The translations under genes and the position numbers were made by a program. From Lachnospirales bacterium (GTDB lineage: Bacteria; Bacillota; Clostridia; Lachnospirales; CAMZNU01), in assembly GCA_047973385.1 (NCBI GenBank), contig JBKEBX010000022.1, positions 106,692 to 170,691 of the forward strand: 64,000 nt of DNA, given 5' to 3'. Below the pieces are notes generated by a model. That model searched no databases. It saw only the letters and a list, made by a program, of their open reading frames with translations, and was not told where the DNA came from. Numbering within the stretch: position 1 is the first letter of the stretch; each line of letters begins with the position of its first letter. Of this stretch, positions 47,903 to 56,030 are shown piece after piece.

Positions 47903-49207
47903 TTATTTACTTTTACTACACGGAAACTGTATTTTAAATGTAATTCCTTTGTCTTTATCGCAAACAACATTTACTTTACCTTTATGTTTATGTATAATTT
48001 CCTTTGCAATCGATAAACCTAGTCCATAACTACTGTCTTGTCTTGTTCTAGCCTTGTCCACTTTATGAAATCTATTAAATATTTTACTAAGTTCATCTTT
48101 ATCTATGTACTCAGTCATATTGTTAAACTCAAGGATACCTTTGTTGGCTTCTTTAGTTAAAGAAACATTGATTACAGAATCTTCAATTGCATATTTAATT
48201 GCGTTGTCAAGGAAAATTGCAACTAATTGTTTAAGTTGATTTTGATCACATAAAACTTCTATATTATCATTTTCATCACTACTTACGTTAATATCAAATT
48301 TCAAATTTCTTTCATCTTCAAAGACAATAGCCTCAAAAGGTAAAATACTCTCCATAACTATGTTATTTAAGGAGCAATTTGATAAAACCTCATCATTTAC
48401 ATTATAATCCGACTTTGATAAAAACAATAAATCTTCAATTAATTTTTTCATACGTCTAGCTTCTATATCAATATAATCAACCCATTTTTTATCTTCTGTA
48501 AGTTCATCATTCATAGATAAAATTGAAGTATTTGCTAAAATAATTGATGTAGGAGTTTTAAGTTCATGGGATACATCTGAAACAAATTGCTTTTGTTGTT
48601 TCCATGATTTTTCTATTGGCTTAATAACTAAATTAGAAAGAAAAATACTTATTAAAAAAACACCAACAATTATGACTATACCAACAATTATAAGGTTTTG
48701 CAATTGGTCTTGTAACATTTTATCCTCATAACTTGTATCAGCAAAACCTATTGTTCTATAATGTTCACCTGTATATGAAACTGTATCTAAAACCATATAT
48801 CTAAGATTTAAAGAGTCCAAATGTCCATTTGTTTCTCCCGAAGAAATTACAAGTTTTAAAATCTCATTTATGGTTTCATCATCAATTATAAAATTTGTTC
48901 TTGTATATACTTCTTCAACTATTTGGTCACTATCAATCCTCACAAAAAATGTATTAAAATATGAATGCCCTCCCGTATCATCTGGAGGATCTATTTTCGG
49001 CTCAAATGGTCGATACTTTAGTCTATCGTCCATTAAAGAGCTTCCTTCTTGTGCAAACTCTTTAAGCCCTTTCTCTATAGCTTCAACACTATCTTTATAC
49101 ATATCATTTTTAAGTGAAATATGCATATAAGAGAATGTAGGTAAAACCACTAGACAAATTAATAGTACATTTACAAGTACAAATTGCCATTTAAGTTTTC
49201 TAATCAT
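47903..49207 (-). CDS. sensor histidine kinase
   Basis: 434 aa with two TM segments. H-box SHELKTPT; N and G boxes (FLDNAIKY, GLGLSIAKEI). Confidence 0.85.
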   Translation of the reverse strand: MIRKLKWQFVLVNVLLICLVVLPTFSYMHISLKNDMYKDSVEAIEKGLKEFAQEGSSLMDDRLKYRPFEPKIDPPDDTGGHSYFNTFFVRIDSDQIVEEVYTRTNFIIDDETINEILKLVISSGETNGHLDSLNLRYMVLDTVSYTGEHYRTIGFADTSYEDKMLQDQLQNLIIVGIVIIVGVFLISIFLSNLVIKPIEKSWKQQKQFVSDVSHELKTPTSIILANTSILSMNDELTEDKKWVDYIDIEARRMKKLIEDLLFLSKSDYNVNDEVLSNCSLNNIVMESILPFEAIVFEDERNLKFDINVSSDENDNIEVLCDQNQLKQLVAIFLDNAIKYAIEDSVINVSLTKEANKGILEFNNMTEYIDKDELSKIFNRFHKVDKARTRQDSSYGLGLSIAKEIIHKHKGKVNVVCDKDKGITFKIQFPCSKSK

Positions 49208-49878
49208 TATTTCTCACCTAACTTATAACCTAGTTTTCTAATTGTAACTATGGCAACTTTTGTTTCTACAAATTCCAACTTTTTTCTTAAAAAAGATATA
49301 TATGCCTCAACATTATTATCTTCAGCCTCAGAATCATATCCCCACACTTTTATAATCAAATCATCTTTAGAAAAAACTCCTTGTGGATTTGATAAAAATG
49401 CTTTTAAAATCAAAAACTCCTTGTTCGTAAGTAAAACCGTACGTTTATCTGTATGCAATTCTTGTGTATCTATATTTAAAGTTAAATCTTCATATTTAAG
49501 TTCTTCTAAGATAACATTGCCCACTCTACGTGTTAAAGCTCGTAACCTTGCAAGTAGTTCTTTAGGTTCAAAGGGCTTTGTTAAATAGTCGTCTGCTCCA
49601 GAATCTAAACCTGTAACTTTATCATCTAACTCACTTTTTGCTGTAAGCATAATCGTTGGTATAGAAATATCTTCATCTCTAAGTTTTTTTATAACTTCAT
49701 ACCCATTCATCTTAGGCATCATAACATCTAAAACAATAGCGTCATATTCCCCATTTTGAGCATAGTAAAAACCGTCTTCGCCATTATCTACTTTATCAAC
49801 AAAATATCCATCTTTTTTCAAGATATGCTCTAAGGCTTCGCTTAAATATTTGTCATCTTCCACCACTAAAATTCTCAT
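49207..49878 (-). CDS. OmpR/PhoB-family response regulator
   Basis: 223 aa. Receiver domain (MRILVVEDD ... DVMMP ... LTAK) plus a winged-helix output (VTIRKLGYKL). Confidence 0.9.
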   Translation of the reverse strand: MRILVVEDDKYLSEALEHILKKDGYFVDKVDNGEDGFYYAQNGEYDAIVLDVMMPKMNGYEVIKKLRDEDISIPTIMLTAKSELDDKVTGLDSGADDYLTKPFEPKELLARLRALTRRVGNVILEELKYEDLTLNIDTQELHTDKRTVLLTNKEFLILKAFLSNPQGVFSKDDLIIKVWGYDSEAEDNNVEAYISFLRKKLEFVETKVAIVTIRKLGYKLGEK

Positions 49879-49948
49879 ATATCCACCTCATTTTTATTAT
49901 ATTATACATATACAAACTTAAAATATACTTAAATATTATTATATGTAG

Positions 49949-49977
49949 AGTATAAAACACTATTTATATAATGTCAA
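49949..49977 (-). promoter_or_regulatory. putative sigma-A promoter of the two-component operon
   Basis: On the minus strand: TTGACA (49977-49972), 17-nt spacer, TATACT (49954-49949). The -35 abuts the end of repeat copy E. Confidence 0.45.
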
Positions 49978-49979
49978 TT

Positions 49980-50154
49980 GGCGACCTTGCAAAATGTAGA
50001 AAAATCCATTTTCATAGCAAAACAATGGCTTTGTGACTTTTAAGAAAAATTGTGAAAATGGCATATTCCCACTATTTCCTACGTTTGTAAAAAGTATGAA
50101 AATTTGGTTTTTCTTTTGCAATGTGCCATTATTTTAGTTTTCTGGCGTTTCCAA
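49980..50154 (+). repeat. copy E (long form) of the dispersed intergenic repeat
   Basis: Colinear and highly similar to 58096-58225, except that a 47-nt segment (50039-50085) replaces 2 nt. It starts ggcgaccttgcaaaat and ends ttctggcgtttccaa. Confidence 0.7.
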
Positions 50155-50318
50155 TTACAAAGAAAATAGACCTCAAAGAAATTCCTTAAAATTCCAATGA
50201 AAGCCTATTTTTTGAAGTTAATACTTCGAGGTGGATTTATATAAAAGATACCTAGCTAAATGTATTATTTTAAGAGTTATATGCTATGTTTGTTGTGCTA
50301 GATATCTAATATAACAAA

Positions 50319-52745
50319 TTAATTTGTTGCATTTTCAGAAGGTGTTGCACTTGTTGTACCCTCTATGCCTTGTGGTGGCATTTCAGGAGGTGTTGTACCT
50401 TCTATGCCTTGTGGTATTTCAGGAGGTGTTGTACCTGTTGTACCTACTGTGCCTTGTTGTGGCATTTCAGGAGGCGTTGTACCCTCTGCTGTACCTGGAG
50501 GAGTCATATTCCCTCGTCCTCCACCACCCATCATACCACTTGTAGCGTTTGATGTGTAGGCATCAGTTTCTGATAAAGTTATTGTACCTGTACTTGTGGC
50601 TGTTGTAAGCTCATATGTTTCACCAGATAATAACAAACTTGATGACATTGTAATTGTTGTATATTGTTTTTCAGGAGTTATTGTTAATATTTCGCTACCT
50701 GAACTATCCGTTATTGTTACACTTTGGTTTGCTTCTTGAGTTGTATCAAATTGATAAGTAAATGTATTTTGTGTAGATGTTTCATCAAAAGTACCCGAAA
50801 TACCACCTACTGCAACAAGTGTACCACCGTTAATTACAGCTAAACCATTATCAAAATCCACAGCGTTTTCAACATTGTTTGTAGGACCATCTATAAAGAT
50901 ATCTCCTCCATTGATATATAAAGCACTGTTAGAATCAAGTCCATCAGAGTTACTTGATAGCGATAAAGTACCACCATTTATTGTTATTATTGGGTCACCC
51001 TCTGTATAGCTTGAGCCTTGACCCATTTGTGGCATTGATGAAGTAGAATTTGCATCAGATGCATTTACAGCGTCATCTGTTGATACCACAGCTATGTCAC
51101 CGTCATTTATAGTTATAGAGTTTGCCTCTAAACCTTCATATGATGTAGCAACATTTATAGTACCACCATTTATAGTAAGGTAATTATCTCCATGTACTGC
51201 ATCATCACCAGATGAAATACTAAATGTACCGTTTTCAATTACAACTGTATCATTAGCATGAATTGAATCTTCATAAGTATCAAATTCAAATGTACCATTA
51301 TTTATAACAAGATTAGCTGCTTTAAAGCCTTTATGGCTATCTGAAACTGTTTCTTCTTCTGTTGTTTCTGTTGTTTCTGTTCCTTGTGCTTCTGTTGGAG
51401 CTGTCATTTCAGGCGTACCCATATTTGACATTAATAGCTCTCTTATTTCTTGAGGCATATTAGGTCCAAGCTGAGAAAGAGAAGATAAATCATCACTTGT
51501 TACTTCACCGTCACTAAAACTTGCCTTTATTTCATCACTTATTTCAGTGCTATTTACAACGGCATTTGTTAAAGCGTCAAGACTTTCTGTATCTTCAAGT
51601 AGTGTATCAAAGTTTTGGTCCATTCTTCCACCTTGCATACCTCCACCCATTCCTGAATTTGCAAACAACAAACTTCTTATATCATCTGGTAAATCTCTGC
51701 CAATTTGCATAAGAGAAGATAAATCATCACTTGTTACTTCACCGTCACTAAAACTTGCTTTTATTTCATCACTTATTTCAGTGCTATTTACAACAGCATC
51801 TGTTAAAGCGTCAAGACTTTCTGTATCTTCAAGTAGTGTATCAAAGTTTTGGTCCATTCTTCCACCTTGCATACCTCCACCAAACTCCGATTCAACAACT
51901 GGGGCATTTTCACTACCACCATTTGTTATAACATAAAATTCACCATCATTAATCGTAAGTAAATTTTCTGCTTGAAGTCCATCATGTACAGCGTCTATAT
52001 TAAATTGTCCACCGTCAACTACAATGTAGCCTTTATCAACATCAGTAGTGTTGTCAGATTGAAAACCATCACCACCTGCAACAATATCAAACGTACCGTC
52101 ACTAATAGAAATACTATCCTTACCTATTATACCATTGTTAGCAGCCGTAACAGTAAAGTCACCACCTAAAATAGTTAAATCATCTTTAGATGTTATACCA
52201 TTTTTATAGTTACCTTCTACAACTAAAGAACCATTACCACGGATAACTAAATCTTGCTTACTAAATATAGTTGCATTTTCTTCACGTTCATTTGTATCGT
52301 CAAGTTCGACTTCCGAAGCCACATCACTAAAAGTGTTTATGCTTCCATCAGCCAAAGTTATTGTTGTATCCTTTGCTTCATATATGAAAATCGGTGCAGA
52401 TGTACTATTGCTAAGTGATACATTGTCAAAAACAAGTTCTACATCTTGCTCAAGTGCATTTACATATACTTGACCATTTGAGCTAGTACCTCGTATAATA
52501 TATGTACCACCTGAACTTATTGTGGCTACGTTATTACTATCCACTGTAACGTTATCACCTTCAACATCCACAGTATCATCACTAAAAGTTATTATGGCAG
52601 TAGCTACACTTTCATCAACAGTACTTGTTGACGCTTCAAGAGATTCACCTGCTGGCATGCTAGAATAATACATACCTCCTGTAAAACCTGCAACACCTAT
52701 GGTCGCAAGAGCAGCTATCATGTAATTTCGTTTATTTTTCTTCAT
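50319..52745 (-). CDS. secreted/anchored beta-helix carbohydrate-binding protein (Cthe_2159 / DUF4353-like) with internal duplication and a P/T-rich tail
   Basis: Start moved to ATG 52745 (MKKNKRNYMIAALATIGVAGF, RBS AGGAGGTG). It has repeated G-x-I/V-x-I/V-x-G/D beta-helix-like turns throughout. The family assignment is from memory of Cthe_2159-type proteins. Confidence 0.65.
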   Translation of the reverse strand: MKKNKRNYMIAALATIGVAGFTGGMYYSSMPAGESLEASTSTVDESVATAIITFSDDTVDVEGDNVTVDSNNVATISSGGTYIIRGTSSNGQVYVNALEQDVELVFDNVSLSNSTSAPIFIYEAKDTTITLADGSINTFSDVASEVELDDTNEREENATIFSKQDLVIRGNGSLVVEGNYKNGITSKDDLTILGGDFTVTAANNGIIGKDSISISDGTFDIVAGGDGFQSDNTTDVDKGYIVVDGGQFNIDAVHDGLQAENLLTINDGEFYVITNGGSENAPVVESEFGGGMQGGRMDQNFDTLLEDTESLDALTDAVVNSTEISDEIKASFSDGEVTSDDLSSLMQIGRDLPDDIRSLLFANSGMGGGMQGGRMDQNFDTLLEDTESLDALTNAVVNSTEISDEIKASFSDGEVTSDDLSSLSQLGPNMPQEIRELLMSNMGTPEMTAPTEAQGTETTETTEEETVSDSHKGFKAANLVINNGTFEFDTYEDSIHANDTVVIENGTFSISSGDDAVHGDNYLTINGGTINVATSYEGLEANSITINDGDIAVVSTDDAVNASDANSTSSMPQMGQGSSYTEGDPIITINGGTLSLSSNSDGLDSNSALYINGGDIFIDGPTNNVENAVDFDNGLAVINGGTLVAVGGISGTFDETSTQNTFTYQFDTTQEANQSVTITDSSGSEILTITPEKQYTTITMSSSLLLSGETYELTTATSTGTITLSETDAYTSNATSGMMGGGGRGNMTPPGTAEGTTPPEMPQQGTVGTTGTTPPEIPQGIEGTTPPEMPPQGIEGTTSATPSENATN
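50340..50500. repeat. imperfect in-frame tandem repeats encoding a GTTPPE(M/I)P(P)QG(I/T)(E/V) tail
   Basis: Reiterated catttcaggaggtgttgtacc...ccttgtggt units of about 36-48 nt at the 3' end of the gene. Confidence 0.6.
51414..51881. repeat. tandem duplication, 2 x 234 nt (78 aa), inside the beta-helix protein gene
   Basis: 51478-51647 and 51712-51881 differ at 3 of 170 positions. The remaining 64 nt of each unit are diverged. Protein repeat: GGMQGGRMDQNFDTLLEDTESLDALT.AVVNSTEISDEIKASFSDGEVTSDDLSSL... Confidence 0.85.
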
Positions 52746-52758
52746 AAAACACCTCCTG

Positions 52759-53439
52759 TTATAGTCCGTTTTCTTCGCCAACTAAAAGATTATAGTTTAT
52801 ATCAAGGTTTCCATTTCTACATCTTAGCTCATCAAAAAACAGCTTTAAATCTTTACTTTCATCAAAATAAATTGTATAACAAAGTTGGAATAAAGTACCC
52901 ATATTTGTAGTTCTAACTATATCTAACTTATGAGATTTCGTATAATCTGCTAATACAGTATCAAAAACTCCTTCAGTGTATAAATCTTCAGGTATAGTTA
53001 TTTTCAAAGATTGCATTCTATTGTTACTTTCAAAAAAGTTTGTAAATTCATAAGTTAATGAAATTATTGCAAATATAGCAGTGAATAGCACAGCTACAAG
53101 CACTTGACTTGTACCCACAGCAAGACCTACAGCCATTGTTGCAAAAATACTACCAATTTCTTTTGCTGTACCTGGCAAAGATCTAAATCTTACCAAACTA
53201 AAAGCACCCATAACAGCTACACCTGTTCCTACATTACCATTTACAAGCATTATAATAAGTTGAATTGTAAGTGGCAAAAGCGCAAGTGTTACTACAAAGT
53301 TTTTGTTATAGCTATTTCTTACAGTATGTATTTTAGCCATAACAAATCCTAAAATTATTGCAACCACAGATAAAAATACTACCTGATAAAAGTTAAAATT
53401 CGTTGTTAATGTTTCCGTCGTACTAAGCAATTCGCCCAT
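52759..53439 (-). CDS. DUF4956-family membrane protein
   Basis: 226 aa with 4-5 TM helices and the motif GAFSLVRFRS. It overlaps the VTC gene stop by 17 nt. Confidence 0.7.
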   Translation of the reverse strand: MGELLSTTETLTTNFNFYQVVFLSVVAIILGFVMAKIHTVRNSYNKNFVVTLALLPLTIQLIIMLVNGNVGTGVAVMGAFSLVRFRSLPGTAKEIGSIFATMAVGLAVGTSQVLVAVLFTAIFAIISLTYEFTNFFESNNRMQSLKITIPEDLYTEGVFDTVLADYTKSHKLDIVRTTNMGTLFQLCYTIYFDESKDLKLFFDELRCRNGNLDINYNLLVGEENGL

Positions 53440-54142
53440 AATTATTTACCCCGCTATGTTTTTTATATGCTTCACCATACTTCGAAAATGAAGATGGATA
53501 TATTTTAAGTTCTGTGAATACCTTTGCAAGCCACAAAGGTACAGATTGCCCTGTTTTAACTTCCATAATACGATAGTTACTATCAAGAGCATTTTCTCCA
53601 TTCGCATTAGTATTTAAATGCAAATCTTCCGTTCTATATAAAATGTTACTATCAAATGTTACTCTCACACCACTTTCATCTGTTGTAAAGTAGGCTTCCC
53701 TATCGTAAGAAATAAACATTTTAGGCTCTAGTCCTTTGTATAACTTAAACAGCCATGACATTTCATTTAAAATCTGTCTATCTTTTAAAGTAAGTTCTTC
53801 ATTACTCGTTTTAGCCATATCATTCAAATCATTAAAGTTTAATGGCACACGTCTTTTATATACAACACCATCATATTTCTTTTTAATTTCTGCAAAAACT
53901 GTACTATTACTATTAGCCAAACCATAACTTCTTACTCTAAATTTTTCTTTATAAACTGGTTTTTCTAAAGATTTTCTTATAAGTTTAAAATCTTTTGTAT
54001 CATAATATATGTTACATATTGTTGTATTACCAAAAGAATCCTCTACAATTATATCTTTCAACTTTTCCTTTAGTGCTAAATACTGTTCATTATTAATTAC
54101 ATATTTTTTTTCATATCTTGACTCGGTCCATGTGTTTCCCAT
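53423..54142 (-). CDS. VTC-domain protein (CYTH-like, polyphosphate-polymerase-domain family)
   Basis: 239 aa. RYEKKYVI ... YYDT ... EKFRVRSYG ... YKRRV ... MEVK is the pattern of the bacterial VTC/CYTH tunnel fold. Confidence 0.7.
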   Translation of the reverse strand: MGNTWTESRYEKKYVINNEQYLALKEKLKDIIVEDSFGNTTICNIYYDTKDFKLIRKSLEKPVYKEKFRVRSYGLANSNSTVFAEIKKKYDGVVYKRRVPLNFNDLNDMAKTSNEELTLKDRQILNEMSWLFKLYKGLEPKMFISYDREAYFTTDESGVRVTFDSNILYRTEDLHLNTNANGENALDSNYRIMEVKTGQSVPLWLAKVFTELKIYPSSFSKYGEAYKKHSGVNNYGRIA

Positions 54143-54392
54143 TTAATCACTCCTATTCAATTTATTCTGTATATTTATTTTCTTTACATTTACTTTACTT
54201 TTTAATTACATGAATTTGTATTTTTCTTAGTGTATGATTATATTTTATCTTATTTACCTTAAAACAAACTTAAGTTTTTGTTTTTACAAAAAATTTATAT
54301 TTTTTACTTATAGTTTACAAAAGCCTTGTTTTGTTTTTTATCTGTAAACATTATATTATAAGTTTCTTAAAAATAACTTAAAATTTGAAAAT

Positions 54393-54440
54393 AAAAAAAA
54401 CAGCTAACCTCTGTCAAGAGTATATAGCTGGTTTTATTAT
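54393..54440. terminator. orphan terminator-like hairpin in a 637-nt non-coding region
   Basis: An A8 run, then CAGCTA-ac-CTCT-gtca-AGAG-tata-TAGCTG, then GTTTT. No gene on either strand ends next to it. Confidence 0.35.
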
Positions 54441-54779
54441 TTTATAGATAAATTGGTGATATTTAACAACCTTTAACTATATAAATTTATATCCTCGTCA
54501 AAATTCAAAAAATTTATAATTTCTCTGAAATTAGAACATCATCAATCTTTAGCCCCTGTTTAATTTTTAGTATACTGCATATTCAACAGATTATATAAAT
54601 GACCCGTTTTCCTATATGTACTCTATTTTAAAATTATAATTTAGAAATTTTATTAAAAAAGTTATTCAAATAATAGCTTTCAATCTCCAAATAATCTAAT
54701 ATTATTTATAGTATAATATAATTACCAACAAAAAGCTAGTTTTTTCAATTAATTTCTCACATAATATGGAGGTAAAAAA

Positions 54780-55706
54780 ATGTATTACACAAATAACTTT
54801 GAAACTGATATTAAAAATTATATTTTACATATGAAAACCAATAGAAATATCGATGTTAAAACCGAAAAAGCCTATAAATCCGATTTAAGATTATTGTTAA
54901 CTTGGTGCATCGATACCAACATTTCAATAATCTCAACAGAAACACTACAACTATATATTTCTTATCTAATTGATGATAAAAAACTTAAAGATACTACTAT
55001 AAAGCGTAAATATATAGTATTTAAAGCTTACTTTAAACATATGAATTGTGATGATATTGTTTATTCTAAAATCTCGTTTAAGACATTTAAAAGACTTCCT
55101 AAAACATTAAACAAAAATGAGATTAACTCTTTAATTTCTATATTATACTCAAATCTTAACTCACAAAAAAACAGTTATACACGTCGAATAGCTATTAGAG
55201 ATACTGCAATTATTGATTTATTGTTTACAACAGGAATACGTATTGGCGAATTATCTGATATTACACTAAAGGATATAGACTTTGTTGAACAGACTATTTT
55301 AATTAGTGGAAAAGGAAAAAAAGAACGACTATTATATATCTCATCAAATGAAGTAATGGATATACTTAAATTATGGCTTGATACAAGAGAACTATTTATG
55401 CCAAAAACTCATCATCTATTTTTAAATAAATACGGCTACAAACTATCCATATATGGAATCGAAAATATATTTTATAAATATCGAGATATGTCAATGATAA
55501 ATCCAAACTCTACTCCCCATTACTTACGACACACATTTGCTACACAACTACTTGAAAATGGTGCTGATTTAAGAAGTGTTCAGGAACTATTAGGACATTC
55601 TAGAATTTCTACAACTGAAATTTATACAGAAATATGTGTTGAACATAAGAAAAAAATATTGACGAGCTTTAACTCTAGAAATTCAATTAGTCATACAATC
55701 TTATGA
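54780..55706 (+). CDS. tyrosine-type site-specific recombinase (XerC/XerD/integrase family)
   Basis: 308 aa. N-terminal SAM-like domain. Catalytic residues R (TGIRIGEL), HxxR (HYLRHTFAT), and H..Y (LGHSRISTTEIYTE). Confidence 0.85.
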   Translation: MYYTNNFETDIKNYILHMKTNRNIDVKTEKAYKSDLRLLLTWCIDTNISIISTETLQLYISYLIDDKKLKDTTIKRKYIVFKAYFKHMNCDDIVYSKISFKTFKRLPKTLNKNEINSLISILYSNLNSQKNSYTRRIAIRDTAIIDLLFTTGIRIGELSDITLKDIDFVEQTILISGKGKKERLLYISSNEVMDILKLWLDTRELFMPKTHHLFLNKYGYKLSIYGIENIFYKYRDMSMINPNSTPHYLRHTFATQLLENGADLRSVQELLGHSRISTTEIYTEICVEHKKKILTSFNSRNSISHTIL

Positions 55707-55795
55707 ATTGTTAAATTCATAAGTGTTTAAATCATTCGACTCTTTTAAACTTTCAATATCTTTTTAACTCATTTACTACAACCCTATATAAAAAG

Positions 55796-55848
55796 TGTCA
55801 ACCTAACAAGTAAAAGAAGTTGACAATGCTTTAATTACAGTATATACT
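55796..55848 (+). promoter_or_regulatory. candidate BirA operator overlapping a putative promoter of birA-bioY
   Basis: TGTCAAC (55796-55802), N16, GTTGACA (55819-55825). TTGACA (55820-55825), 17-nt spacer, TATACT (55843-55848). Confidence 0.4.
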
Positions 55849-55872
55849 AATTGTATACAATTGTTATAGTTA

Positions 55873-56002
55873 GCGTCATTGCAAAATGCGACAGTTTGTA
55901 GGATTGGCTAGAAATTAAGCTTCGATTCGTACTAAGAGGTACACAAGAAGATTAATTTTTTGACTGCGACGACCAAAATGGTGTATTTTCAGGCGTTGCC
56001 AG
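55873..56002 (+). repeat. copy H, a diverged copy of the long intergenic repeat (ends recognisable)
   Basis: It starts gcgtcattgcaaaatgcgac and ends tattttcaggcgttgccag. Compare gcgaccttgcaaaatg ... ttttctggcgtttccaa in copies E and F. The interior is poorly alignable. Confidence 0.35.
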
Positions 56003-56030
56003 TTATACAAGAAAAAATATTGGAGTAAAT

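Noticed and set aside
49980-50154. Short peptides encoded on the minus strand of repeat copies E and F (MAHCKRKTKFSYFLQT; ..TKPLFCYENGF..ILQGR..)
   Set aside because: The frames are interrupted at different places in the two copies (TGA in F, TAG in E) and lack an RBS. The copies differ by a 45-nt net indel (47 nt in E versus 2 nt in F) across the putative reading frames. Conservation is best explained at the nucleotide level.
54780-55706. The recombinase as the boundary of a prophage, ICE or genomic island
   Set aside because: No tRNA or tmRNA target, no flanking direct repeats that I could find, and no phage, conjugation or replication genes on either side. The neighbours are housekeeping (birA-bioY) or ordinary accessory operons.
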